Below are positions 49,680 through 59,004 of a DNA stretch of 64,000 nucleotides, piece by piece. Source of the DNA: a virus (Duplodnaviria; Heunggongvirae; Uroviricota; Caudoviricetes); IMG/VR virus record IMGVR_UViG_2770939580_000003, positions 41,062 to 105,061 of that record. The stretch is one strand, 5' to 3'. Made by a program: the position numbers and the translations under genes. Every line of letters begins with the position of its first letter. Position 1 is the first letter of the stretch. The notes under the pieces were generated by a model that was given only the letters and a program-made list of their open reading frames with translations, had not been told where the DNA came from and ran no database searches.

Positions 49680-49933
49680 ATTCCTGTCTCCTTATAACCA
49701 TATCCTACCTGTTCCCCATCAATGTAGCGTTTTAATTCATCAAAAAAGTGCTCAGCGGAGTCGAACTCGTTATAGCCAATTCTGGCTGCTATTGCATCTG
49801 CAAACTCGTTAGTACTTGTATCGATCCCTTGATCAGACATCCATTTATAAAGTTCGCTCATTAGTTTGTGTTCCTTATTTTTAACTGCCATATACTGTTC
49901 AAAAGTTTTCATAATTCCTTTGGTGACCTTCAA
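49652..49933 (-). CDS. hypothetical protein
   Basis: ORF track. Confidence 0.45.
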   Translation of the reverse strand: MKVTKGIMKTFEQYMAVKNKEHKLMSELYKWMSDQGIDTSTNEFADAIAARIGYNEFDSAEHFFDELKRYIDGEQVGYGYKETGICLEIITIK

Positions 49934-50057
49934 GAAATCTACCTCCTTTCTTCATGAAAGACTAATTTTACTTACTCATATTCATTGCAATCCAAGATAA
50001 ACTAAGTTGGTTAATCCCTCCTTTCTTTTATTAATGAAGTTAACTTCATTGTTTAAT

Positions 50058-50693
50058 TTAAAGAGAATCCCAAACATCCCCAATTCTTTCTTTCATTTGC
50101 TCCTGTTTAATTTTTTCAATCTCTTTTCTTAAACTGATTGCTTTTTTGTGCACTTCAGAGTAGTGATTGAGTTCTTCTTTTATATCCTTACTCAATTCGA
50201 ACCCGTAAGAGAATCTGACCTTTCCGCCTTTTCTATTGAAATTATTGTCTATTCCCCTAGCTGCTCCATATTCTGAATCATGAACTGTAATCATTTTGTG
50301 ATTGGCAAATATAGTGCCGAGTTCTCCATAAATGTACCGACATTCCTCATCTAAAAACTCAGGTATACGATGCTCACTATAATGCGTATACGTATGACTA
50401 TTTTCCTTCAGATGCCACCATAGCACTTCCTTTTCAATGTGTTTTTCTACCACATCTGAAACGTTAGACACTAGAGTTTGAACATCTTTTTTCAGCAATC
50501 TCAATTTTTCTTCTCCTAGCTCCGCAGCCTTCTCAGCATGTTCAATAACTAGTTTTTTAGACTCTGTATTATACAAATCTCTAAAAAAAGAGATAAGTTT
50601 TTCTTTAAATATTCCCTGTATTTTTTTTAATTCAACTTTTAAACCTTCGACTTCTGCATTTTTAGTTTGGATTTCTTCATTAAAGTTTCTCAT
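50058..50693 (-). CDS. hypothetical protein
   Basis: ORF track. Confidence 0.5.
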   Translation of the reverse strand: MRNFNEEIQTKNAEVEGLKVELKKIQGIFKEKLISFFRDLYNTESKKLVIEHAEKAAELGEEKLRLLKKDVQTLVSNVSDVVEKHIEKEVLWWHLKENSHTYTHYSEHRIPEFLDEECRYIYGELGTIFANHKMITVHDSEYGAARGIDNNFNRKGGKVRFSYGFELSKDIKEELNHYSEVHKKAISLRKEIEKIKQEQMKERIGDVWDSL

Positions 50694-50780
50694 GGTTTCG
50701 CCCCCTACATATTATCAATTAATTATTCAACAAATATGTCTCCATTTCCTGCTGTCATTCCATTTATATCATACTATTAT

Positions 50781-50801
50781 TATATTATCTTTGTGTATTA
50801 A
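50781..50801 (-). repeat. 21-bp intergenic motif copy (plus TATATTATCTTTGTGTATTAA); here flanked on minus strand by TTGACT(-35)...TATAAT(-10)
   Basis: exact reading. Confidence 0.65.
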
Positions 50802-50814
50802 AGTCAACACCCTT

Positions 50815-51198
50815 CTATTTTAATTGTGTTATATCAATTCTTAAATATTCAGTCAGAATCAGAGTTACATCTACCTTCACTTTACTCCACAGCAAAACCA
50901 TCTTATGAGTGTAACCTCTAATTGAATATTCTACATTTAGACTGTCGCTTGTCTTCGCTGCTTCAATGATTTTAATACCATTACTTTTAAAGTAGTTTTT
51001 CAACTTATATATCTCGACAGTTACTTTTCCCTGTATCTCATCGAGGTGATTAGTGTACACAGACTTCATCCTCATATCTGAATCGGATATTTTCTTCTTA
51101 TCGTTTTCAATTATGGTCATTAGATATGGAAGTTCAACATATCTTTTCACAGCTTCTAACTCCTCATGCGTCTGTCTCAAACGGATCTCCACCTTCAA
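50815..51198 (-). CDS. hypothetical protein
   Basis: ORF track. Confidence 0.5.
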   Translation of the reverse strand: MKVEIRLRQTHEELEAVKRYVELPYLMTIIENDKKKISDSDMRMKSVYTNHLDEIQGKVTVEIYKLKNYFKSNGIKIIEAAKTSDSLNVEYSIRGYTHKMVLLWSKVKVDVTLILTEYLRIDITQLK

Positions 51199-51529
51199 TG
51201 ATTTTTACAGAAACCAAGTCATCAAAATTGAGAAGTTCATAGCCTGTTTCTGTTTCCAATTTTATTCTCTTTCCCGAAGCACTAACGGACGCTACTATAC
51301 CCTTAATTATCCTATTACCATACTCATTAAAAATTTCAATGTCTGTCTCCAAAGTATAACTTAACGACATACGCAAGTTAAGAGAAATAATCTCAACTTC
51401 GTCTTCGTGTAAAGTTGGTCTTGTTGTAACATTATCCTTGGATCGATGCTCAATAATTCTTTCTTTATGTTGTGGCAACATCATGCGACTTGATTCCCAT
51501 AGTCCATTTGCTTGCAATTTTTTACTCAT
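51164..51529 (-). CDS. yolD: YolD-like protein (accessory to Y-family polymerase)
   Basis: about 120 aa, immediately downstream of and overlapping uvrX as in SPbeta uvrX-yolD. Confidence 0.55.
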   Translation of the reverse strand: MSKKLQANGLWESSRMMLPQHKERIIEHRSKDNVTTRPTLHEDEVEIISLNLRMSLSYTLETDIEIFNEYGNRIIKGIVASVSASGKRIKLETETGYELLNFDDLVSVKIIEGGDPFETDA

Positions 51530-52767
51530 CTGTAGTGTCCTCCAATTTTATTTGATCTGTCTATGGCTTGACCAGCAGAGGTAATAGAACTTGCTCTGAG
51601 TATAGCTATATCTCCATAACGATCTTTGATATCATCCATTACTTTATCTATGGCTCTCTTCTGTTCTTGATCATCAAATAATGACATTTGATATGTCTCA
51701 GCATTAGAAAGATTGGACAATGATATCCCCACTCGTCTCACAGGTTGACCATCCCAATGTTGCCGAAAGATCTGTTTAGCTATCTTACATACATCTACGG
51801 TTATATTAGTGGGATCTGGCAATTTGACCTGTCTGCTAAATCCAGTTGGATGATCAAAGTCTGCACCCGATAAACTCATAGTAACTACGCTGCCCATCAA
51901 TCCCTTTTTCCGCGCGCGTCTGCAAACTTCCGTACATATATCTTGTATTAAAACATCGATCTCCCACTGTTCTGTATAGTCTCTAGGGAGCGTCATGCCA
52001 TTGCCAATATCCTTTTGCACACTATGGGTATTTATGGTTACAGGAGAGTCATCAAGTCCATTTGCCACTCTCCAAATAACCTCACCATTTACACCCCATT
52101 TGCTTCTCAGTTTTGACAGTGGAGTATTCGCAAGTTGTTTTATTGTACGAACTCCCATTTTCCACAAATGTTTTTCCATTCTCGATCCAATACCCCACAT
52201 GTCACGAATTGGCTTATCTCCTATGTGCTGATGAAGTTCTTCTTTTCTAAGAAAGAATACTCCACCTTCTATTTTCTTCGCGATCATATCGCAGCAAAGT
52301 TTACTCATCACTTTGTTGGTCGAGATACCAGCTCTCGCATATACACCCGTTTCATTGTAAATCTTATCTTGAATTTGTCTTGCTAAATCAATTGGGTCAT
52401 TACCGAAAAGATGTAGAGATCCGGTCACATCACAAAACAGCTCATCGATGCTATAAGGCTCAACTAAATCGGTAAACTCCTCAATAATGCTCATAATTTG
52501 AGTCGAAACCTCTATATATTCTTGCATATGTGGTCTCACAATGATCAACTCAGGACACTTTTGAAGTGATTGCCATAATGGTTCAGCGGTTGACACACCT
52601 TTTGCTTTAGCTAGAGGACATGCAGCAAGTATTATTCCCGAACGTCTTGCTGGATCTCCTGCAACCGCCAATGGTTTGTTTTTGTACTGTGGCATTTTAG
52701 CCTTTTCAACACTGGCGTAAAACGACTGCATGTCAATTAACATAATTGTCCGTTCTTTCTTCGCCAT
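51526..52767 (-). CDS. uvrX: Y-family (UmuC/DinB-like) translesion DNA polymerase; start set at MAKKERTIMLIDMQSFYASVE (RBS GGGAGTGA)
   Basis: LIDMQSFYASVE motif (DMDxFFAxVE of Y-family), little-finger C-terminus. Confidence 0.85.
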   Translation of the reverse strand: MAKKERTIMLIDMQSFYASVEKAKMPQYKNKPLAVAGDPARRSGIILAACPLAKAKGVSTAEPLWQSLQKCPELIIVRPHMQEYIEVSTQIMSIIEEFTDLVEPYSIDELFCDVTGSLHLFGNDPIDLARQIQDKIYNETGVYARAGISTNKVMSKLCCDMIAKKIEGGVFFLRKEELHQHIGDKPIRDMWGIGSRMEKHLWKMGVRTIKQLANTPLSKLRSKWGVNGEVIWRVANGLDDSPVTINTHSVQKDIGNGMTLPRDYTEQWEIDVLIQDICTEVCRRARKKGLMGSVVTMSLSGADFDHPTGFSRQVKLPDPTNITVDVCKIAKQIFRQHWDGQPVRRVGISLSNLSNAETYQMSLFDDQEQKRAIDKVMDDIKDRYGDIAILRASSITSAGQAIDRSNKIGGHYR

Positions 52768-52790
52768 TACTATCACTCCCATAATTAAAT

Positions 52791-52836
52791 AAGAACGTCT
52801 GTTTGTATATGTATTATACACCGAACAGACGTTCTT
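52791..52836 (-). promoter_or_regulatory. two Cheo/LexA (SOS) boxes (GAACGTCTGTTC and AAACAGACGTTC on minus strand) flanking an extended -10 TGTATAAT of the uvrX promoter
   Basis: 15-bp inverted repeat AAGAACGTCTGTTTG / CGAACAGACGTTCTT; matches B. subtilis LexA consensus CGAAC-N4-GTTCG. Confidence 0.6.
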
Positions 52837-52925
52837 TATGCAACAGGAAATTTTTGTAGTTCGATTAAACATTAAATTGTATAATACAAAAGGTATTCTA
52901 TTTCACATAACAAGGGAGAGTTAAA

Positions 52926-53411
52926 ATGAAGGACAAGTTAAAGGGACTAGTAATAGGTATCTTGATCGGTTCCACAATTACAGGAGCAACTGCTTTTGCA
53001 GCAAGTGGAACATCGGTTAAGGCAGTGATTCAGAAGATTAACTTATATGTAGATGGGACAAAGAAAACAACGGCAAACGTAATTACATACAATAACACTA
53101 CATATGTGCCAGTTAGAAGCATGAGCAGTGCATTGGGGCAAAACGTAGCTTTACGCGATAATAACCTTTATATTGGGAAGATTCCTAAGTTAAACATTAC
53201 GGAGAAAGAAGCAGTAAAACTTGTTAAGAACAAATATGGCTATAATAGTTCATATTTAATCGTTGAAGTTGATAATGAAGTAGATAATCAATATGTAGTT
53301 CATGTTTATGAAATAGTTATTGATGATGAGAAAACTGGCGAAGGTCATACAGCAACATATGGCTGGTATTATGTCGATAAATCAAGCGGGAAAATATCAT
53401 CAATGTTCTAA
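52926..53411 (+). CDS. secreted protein with signal peptide, Cu-amine-oxidase-N1-like stalk domain and PepSY-like C-terminal domain
   Basis: signal peptide ...ATAFAASG; stalk motif KINLYVDG..YNNTTYVPVRSMSSALG; PepSY-like ITEKEAVKLVKNKYG...YGWYYVDKSSGKI; RBS AAGGGAGAG. Confidence 0.55.
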   Translation: MKDKLKGLVIGILIGSTITGATAFAASGTSVKAVIQKINLYVDGTKKTTANVITYNNTTYVPVRSMSSALGQNVALRDNNLYIGKIPKLNITEKEAVKLVKNKYGYNSSYLIVEVDNEVDNQYVVHVYEIVIDDEKTGEGHTATYGWYYVDKSSGKISSMF

Positions 53412-53467
53412 ACAAAAAAAGGGCTCTTTAATGAGTCCTCTCTCTTTAAAACTTGTCTTTCATCAAG

Positions 53468-53752
53468 TTATTTCTCTGTAATTCCTTTAATAAAACCTCC
53501 ATATGTAGTGATGGTTTCTAGTGTAACCTCAATATCATAAGTTTCGTTTTTAACTGGATTAAATGAATCAGATGGATCTAGAATCCAACCATACTTATGT
53601 CCATCTGAGTTTTTAAACATCATTATATCTCCCTTTTGTGTGCTGATTGTTTCTATGTATGTCTGATTAAAAACTATCTTTCTGTCTTTTTCGCAACCAG
53701 TAAGCATTATCATTGCTGCTACCAATAATAAAACACAAATTCTATTCTTCAT
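53468..53752 (-). CDS. lipoprotein (lipobox LTGC)
   Basis: MKNRICVLLLVAAMIMLTGC signal. Confidence 0.5.
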   Translation of the reverse strand: MKNRICVLLLVAAMIMLTGCEKDRKIVFNQTYIETISTQKGDIMMFKNSDGHKYGWILDPSDSFNPVKNETYDIEVTLETITTYGGFIKGITEK

Positions 53753-53764
53753 TTTTTATCTCCT

Positions 53765-54385
53765 CTATCCGTTAAACCCATATGTAATGTCTAGTTCAAA
53801 GTCATATTGCGGCCTCAAATTGTATAATGTCTTACCTACTTTTCTAATATATCTACAGCAATTGCCCGTACCGCCTTTTGTCCCATCCCAAGTTGAAACG
53901 ATAATCCTGCTCTTATCTACCATATACTCATTACGTTTCTGCATCTTTGCTACATGATAATCACCAATGGGTACACCTTCGACTTTATATTCGGGCAACT
54001 CGTCCACATAAACAACCTCATCGGCTACTTCAATCATCTTTTTATACCAGTGTTGAGTCTCACGATCAGTCCATTTAATTGCTTGGTTCTTAAAAGGAAC
54101 AGCTACAACATTTTTGATACTTGAATGTACTGTGTTTTTTAATCCCTGAACAGTCCAAAATGCTATCTGGTCAAAACCGATTGCTCCACCAGATACAAAT
54201 CTTTCGATTCCATCATTCTTAATCAGCTCTATCAGAACTGGTTTTAACTTTTTACTTATGTATTTGGATCTTTCATCTGCGAGACTGTAGCAATTCCCTA
54301 GCTTATTCGGTCTATGTCCTGTAAATGAAACAGTTTTACGTTCTAGTTCTTCCTCTGCTTTCCTTTCCTCTCGTCTTCTATACAT
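53765..54385 (-). CDS. YpsA/YoqJ-like (UPF0398, SLOG fold) protein
   Basis: VSFTGHRPNKL ... GGAIGFDQIA pattern of DUF1273. Confidence 0.5.
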   Translation of the reverse strand: MYRRREERKAEEELERKTVSFTGHRPNKLGNCYSLADERSKYISKKLKPVLIELIKNDGIERFVSGGAIGFDQIAFWTVQGLKNTVHSSIKNVVAVPFKNQAIKWTDRETQHWYKKMIEVADEVVYVDELPEYKVEGVPIGDYHVAKMQKRNEYMVDKSRIIVSTWDGTKGGTGNCCRYIRKVGKTLYNLRPQYDFELDITYGFNG

Positions 54386-54667
54386 TTCTTCTTTTCCTTC
54401 AGGAGAATTTAAGTATACGAAATCAACTATTTCCCTCAGCCCCTTTTAAATAACATTGAATCTTTGTAGTACCGCAATCAAAATAAAGGAGATCATCATT
54501 ACATAAAAATATGCCTTATGTGAGAACTTTGACTTGTTTGTAAAACTTATAAAGCGACTAGGAAGATATACTAATGCCATCATTCCCAACATACTCAATG
54601 CTGTATTAAAGTAGTTAGCCAGAATAATTTAAATCTCCTTTCTCTTCGAAATGTTCATTTGATCAAT

Positions 54668-54925
54668 TCAATCGTAATACTTATAGTGCATAATTACCTC
54701 CCGATAAATAAGTATTCCAAACAATCGTCTTACAACTACATCTTCTCCGGTATAAACTTTTTTTGTTTTTATTTTATTAATTACATAATACTCCCCATGA
54801 TCCAAGTCTAAGTAATCAGTCATCACGAAATTTTTCAATGACCGCTTAACATAAACAGGTTCATGATAAGGGAATATGTTTCGTTCACGGTATGTAGTTG
54901 TTAAATTGACCAACAATAAATTCAC
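54668..54925 (-). CDS. hypothetical protein
   Basis: ORF track. Confidence 0.4.
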   Translation of the reverse strand: MNLLLVNLTTTYRERNIFPYHEPVYVKRSLKNFVMTDYLDLDHGEYYVINKIKTKKVYTGEDVVVRRLFGILIYREVIMHYKYYD

Positions 54926-55035
54926 CTTCTACGGCTGTCCTATATTCAAGTTTATATTTTTCCTGTCCAAGTATGAACTGTCCTTTTTCATTAATGTAAC
55001 CTGCTCCCATGGCATATCTCCTTAAAATATGTATT

Positions 55036-55353
55036 TCAAATAGATTCTAATAATATACTAAACTCTTTAGATAATTCGGTCTCGCTGCCGTAAATGTTTT
55101 CGTATTGAAGTAGTAACTCAGATCCAGTAGCTTTAATTTTAGCTAAAAGGATTCTCGTCTCAGTCAATTCTCTAATTGTCCGACTAATTAGCATGTCATC
55201 ATCGTTTGGAGATGCAGGAATACTCAGCCTACCTTTGCCGTTTATAAATCTCGTTAGTGCTGAGTCTGCTGAATGTAGATTAACGGGTGAATAGAATTGC
55301 TCATCAAATTCCGCTTTGTTCATTTTCAACCTCCTCCCCACTGTCCAAATCAT
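55036..55353 (-). CDS. hypothetical protein
   Basis: ORF track. Confidence 0.45.
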   Translation of the reverse strand: MIWTVGRRLKMNKAEFDEQFYSPVNLHSADSALTRFINGKGRLSIPASPNDDDMLISRTIRELTETRILLAKIKATGSELLLQYENIYGSETELSKEFSILLESI

Positions 55354-55552
55354 TCAATTCACAACTTGAATCAACATAAAGATCAAAGCTCCGCAAGAAA
55401 ACTGCTTCTGCATCGGTCAATTCTTCGTCCTCTTCTAATCTATCGTGTAACTCATTGGCTAGATCAAATAGGGAGTTCATCATTCCATCAAAACATTGAT
55501 AGTTGTAATCTTCTTTCTCCTTCATTAGCAGCTCTTCCTGTTCTTTGTTCAT
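55304..55552 (-). CDS. hypothetical very acidic protein
   Basis: ORF track. Confidence 0.45.
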   Translation of the reverse strand: MNKEQEELLMKEKEDYNYQCFDGMMNSLFDLANELHDRLEEDEELTDAEAVFLRSFDLYVDSSCELNDLDSGEEVENEQSGI

Positions 55553-55568
55553 AGTTTCATCCTCCTAA

Positions 55569-55802
55569 TTATATGTATTTATTTATTGTGAATCCTTTGC
55601 ACTCATTAATCTCATAGTTATCTTCGAAAGTATACTGAATGTTATTGTCTGGATTGCTACATGTCTCAAAGCAGCCATATTCTTCTTGTTGAGATGAGTC
55701 TCCGCATTCATGCCAAAAATATTTACACTTTAGACAGACGCTGTCAGTATTTACTTTCATTAAGTTTCTCCTTATAAAAATAGTGTTCTTCTCCATTTGC
55801 AT
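55569..55802 (-). CDS. hypothetical Cys-rich protein
   Basis: ORF track. Confidence 0.45.
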   Translation of the reverse strand: MQMEKNTIFIRRNLMKVNTDSVCLKCKYFWHECGDSSQQEEYGCFETCSNPDNNIQYTFEDNYEINECKGFTINKYI

Positions 55803-56166
55803 GAGTCCATCGATATATCCATCCGTCTTTTTCTAGCAAACCGATAACTTTATTAAATGACGTATACTCACTGAAACGGCAAAGTATTTGCTCCCTATTA
55901 TCAGTTGAAAATCTCCAAACTTCATCATCTAAGAAAACCGTGGCTGAAGTCTGTTTTGGTTTATTTTGTATGTCTAACTCATTGGCTACTAACAACAATT
56001 CCTTGGAGAGACTTCTCAAAGTTTCTGATGACCAATGACTTTGGCTAAACCGCAATTCATTAAATAGGTAGGGTAGATTATATAAGCTTTCGTCAGCGCG
56101 CTGTTTACTTATTTTCCCTCGTACGAAGTCACCATTAAAATCAGTAATACTGTTATTTGTAAACAT
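55744..56166 (-). CDS. hypothetical protein
   Basis: ORF track. Confidence 0.5.
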   Translation of the reverse strand: MFTNNSITDFNGDFVRGKISKQRADESLYNLPYLFNELRFSQSHWSSETLRSLSKELLLVANELDIQNKPKQTSATVFLDDEVWRFSTDNREQILCRFSEYTSFNKVIGLLEKDGWIYRWTHANGEEHYFYKEKLNESKY

Positions 56167-56207
56167 AATGTCTCCTTCCCATTGTTAGTGAAACACGCAT
56201 TTCATTA

Positions 56208-56441
56208 TCAAATTTCTTTTTGTTCAAATATAACAGAATTATTTCTTTCAACCTTTGCAATGAAGTATTTATTAACGAATTGACTCCATCCATCACCGTA
56301 AACCACGACACCTTCTAAATAAGGATTTTTTTCTTTAACCTCACCCTTATCTATAAAGAATTTCCCTTCGTTTTGGTTGTAGTAGTGAACCCAATCTCCT
56401 TTAGATAGAATGGTAGTATCCACACAGTTATATTCTCTCAT
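56208..56441 (-). CDS. hypothetical protein
   Basis: ORF track. Confidence 0.45.
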   Translation of the reverse strand: MREYNCVDTTILSKGDWVHYYNQNEGKFFIDKGEVKEKNPYLEGVVVYGDGWSQFVNKYFIAKVERNNSVIFEQKEI

Positions 56442-56473
56442 TTCCCTCTCCCTTTCTCACTGAAATAGACCTT

Positions 56474-56677
56474 TTACAAGATCGTATAACTTGCCTCTAG
56501 GTTGCTTTCAGTTAGTTTAATAACTTCGTCAGAATGTTTGCCATGCTGATCGCAGTATACTATTGCCCCGTCCCCATGTCTCCTTGTCACATACCACTCA
56601 TCGTCTTGTGCGTAATCCACCCTTGCAACTTCTCCCGTAGGAAGTAAATCTAGTAGCCCAGATAAAGTCAACATCAA
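56474..56677 (-). CDS. hypothetical protein
   Basis: ORF track. Confidence 0.4.
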   Translation of the reverse strand: MMLTLSGLLDLLPTGEVARVDYAQDDEWYVTRRHGDGAIVYCDQHGKHSDEVIKLTESNLEASYTIL

Positions 56678-56855
56678 AATTATTCACTCCTTCTCAATCT
56701 CCCATTAATTATCTCCTGATACTCCACTATTAGTTCGTCTGGATTTTCAAAATACTTTATAGAATCAGTGTCATGTAAATCCACAATCAATTGCTCCTCT
56801 GAGGCATTGGCAAAATATCTTTCAATTGATTTCTTCATCTCTTCGGCATTTAACT

Positions 56856-57101
56856 TCATTGTTTTCCTCTCTTCCTATCGCTGACAAAAGTTCCTTTAGG
56901 AGCAATTTCAATTTGAACAATAAAGTCTCTCTTTTCTAAATACTTAATATCAAGTTTGCTCCAGTATCCAATCAATCCATCAACGACAGGAGATACATAT
57001 GCCACGATACCTAATTTATTTAGCACTCTTTCACACTTTTCATAATCTTCTGAAAGTCTAACTATGTATTCCATGTTAACCTCCTTTTTAGTTTCCCACA
57101 A
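56856..57101 (-). CDS. hypothetical protein
   Basis: ORF track. Confidence 0.45.
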   Translation of the reverse strand: MWETKKEVNMEYIVRLSEDYEKCERVLNKLGIVAYVSPVVDGLIGYWSKLDIKYLEKRDFIVQIEIAPKGTFVSDRKRGKQ

Positions 57102-57336
57102 AACAATCTTGAATACTTTCCCGCACTTGTTTTTTCAAGTCTATACCTGAGTCTTCGTCCCACTGGTTTATGTAAATACATTTCCAACCAATGAGGTATT
57201 TTCTTTTCTCAAAAATCTTTAACTTTTGAACATTTTTATAGTAAGTCGTCTGACCTTTCGTATCTGTGACTACCTTAACATCGTTGATTTTCACCATGTA
57301 TCTCTTGCCATCTTCATTCCAGTATTTTTTATACAT
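57088..57336 (-). CDS. hypothetical protein
   Basis: ORF track. Confidence 0.45.
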   Translation of the reverse strand: MYKKYWNEDGKRYMVKINDVKVVTDTKGQTTYYKNVQKLKIFEKRKYLIGWKCIYINQWDEDSGIDLKKQVRESIQDCFVGN

Positions 57337-57352
57337 TTCGCTCCCCCTCTTG

Positions 57353-57697
57353 TCACTGCATTCGCAATAACCATGTGATTACATTTTTTATCGACTCATC
57401 ATTTTCACTCAACTCATAATCATATTGATTCTGTTTTAAAAATTGAATCACTCTATTAGTGTTAAATCCGTCACTATATGTATCCTTAGTTTGATCTCCG
57501 CTGCTTGGTGGTTGAATTGTGGTCTTAGATTCATCTCTCATGTTATCTCTATGATGTTCCTCTACCATGGATTCAGGTATTAAGTATCCCCTGCAAATTG
57601 GACATCTATCGAGATCTACACTGAATTTTTCACCACAACCGATAGAACTAGAGAAATGCATGAAATTCCTTTTTGGTACTCCAATACATTGATACAT
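57353..57697 (-). CDS. hypothetical zinc-ribbon protein
   Basis: CGEK...CPICRGY. Confidence 0.45.
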   Translation of the reverse strand: MYQCIGVPKRNFMHFSSSIGCGEKFSVDLDRCPICRGYLIPESMVEEHHRDNMRDESKTTIQPPSSGDQTKDTYSDGFNTNRVIQFLKQNQYDYELSENDESIKNVITWLLRMQ

Positions 57698-57880
57698 TGC
57701 TCATTCTCCTCCTTTCTTTTTGGCGGTATAAAAATATTCTTCATAGATAAATTTAAACGCTGCCTCTTCTTGATCTATAAGGCTCTCTTCGCCATCTATA
57801 CCGTATCCCGCATTACATCCTTGAGCGAAAAAATAACGGAGCATTTCTTTCAAACTGTCCCTCTTTATATATGGCATAAA

Positions 57881-58069
57881 TCATGGCTCCCATCTATATA
57901 GTTCATAGTCGTTATCGACCAATTCATAGTAATCAGAACTATGATCACCTGATAATTTCTCATTTAGGATATCAACTATCATATTCCCATAATATTCACT
58001 TACATTTTCACAAATTAAATTGTCATTTTCTGACTCTCTATTAAAGTTATCTTTGCAAATGATCTTCAT
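57881..58069 (-). CDS. hypothetical protein
   Basis: ORF track. Confidence 0.4.
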   Translation of the reverse strand: MKIICKDNFNRESENDNLICENVSEYYGNMIVDILNEKLSGDHSSDYYELVDNDYELYRWEP

Positions 58070-58290
58070 TTTAACTCCTCCAGCACTTCTTCAATATTTT
58101 TAAAGTTGCCCCATACCTCATCATAGTAATAGTTAACATTTCCATCTATACTATCGACCGATATTTTGCAACAATCCTTCCCCTCTTCGTCACAGTAATT
58201 GTTCCATCGTACATTTACTTCTGGGCTGCCACTGTGCTTCTGAAAATATGTAACCATATATGTGGGAAGTCTACTTATTTGAACAATCAT
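58066..58290 (-). CDS. hypothetical protein
   Basis: ORF track. Confidence 0.4.
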   Translation of the reverse strand: MIVQISRLPTYMVTYFQKHSGSPEVNVRWNNYCDEEGKDCCKISVDSIDGNVNYYYDEVWGNFKNIEEVLEELK

Positions 58291-58332
58291 AATTATTTCG
58301 CCTCTTCCTATGAAACGTGCCTTTTACTTAGA

Positions 58333-58698
58333 CTATGATTGCAAATCATCTACTCGAACTAAGCCCCACTTCTCTTCGTCCTCTGGCGTTGCTTCTCGTA
58401 TGAATGTCGCTTCAACATGAGGACATAAGCATCCACCTTCTCCTCGTACAATCATTTCAATCAGGTTATCTGCACACCATGAACCTTTATTGTATCTGAA
58501 CTCAATATCTTCATCCTTCCAATGCTCTGGCACGTTTATTACCATCCTGACAGTAAAATCCATTACAACTGTTCTACTCCGAATTACACATTCGGAAGTA
58601 TGCGACTCTCCAATCAAGCTATGGCAATAAAAACAACGATCAGGCTTACCTGCTGGTCTTGCTGCATATTCGGTTACAATCCAGTCTTCTCTTTTCAT
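58333..58698 (-). CDS. hypothetical Cys-rich protein
   Basis: ORF track. Confidence 0.5.
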   Translation of the reverse strand: MKREDWIVTEYAARPAGKPDRCFYCHSLIGESHTSECVIRSRTVVMDFTVRMVINVPEHWKDEDIEFRYNKGSWCADNLIEMIVRGEGGCLCPHVEATFIREATPEDEEKWGLVRVDDLQS

Positions 58699-58743
58699 TT
58701 AGATACCTCCAATTTTGATGAAACAGATCTTTTATGTAATTCC

Positions 58744-58932
58744 TTAATGCTTATCTCTTAGCTCAGGAAATAGGAATATAATAACGTCTATAACTTCAAC
58801 TTTCTTTCTTGTGACATCAATAGTTGAATGCAACTTAGGCGATCTATTTCTTGCTGCAACACTAATGCTCAGTTCCTCTGCTAATCCCAACATTCTCTCT
58901 ATTCTGTTCCCTTGCTGCACTCTATGTATCAC
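58744..58932 (-). CDS. hypothetical protein
   Basis: ORF track. Confidence 0.4.
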   Translation of the reverse strand: MIHRVQQGNRIERMLGLAEELSISVAARNRSPKLHSTIDVTRKKVEVIDVIIFLFPELRDKH

Positions 58933-59004
58933 ATCCTTTCATAAGAAAAACGGCGATGTAACAACTCGTTAAAGTCATTATATCACCGTTTTCACCAAAT
59001 GTAT

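Noticed and set aside
52791-52836. Inverted repeat upstream of uvrX considered as a transcription terminator
   Set aside because: 18-nt loop and no flanking T-run; half-sites match the Cheo/LexA box consensus and bracket a -10 element, so an operator interpretation is preferred.
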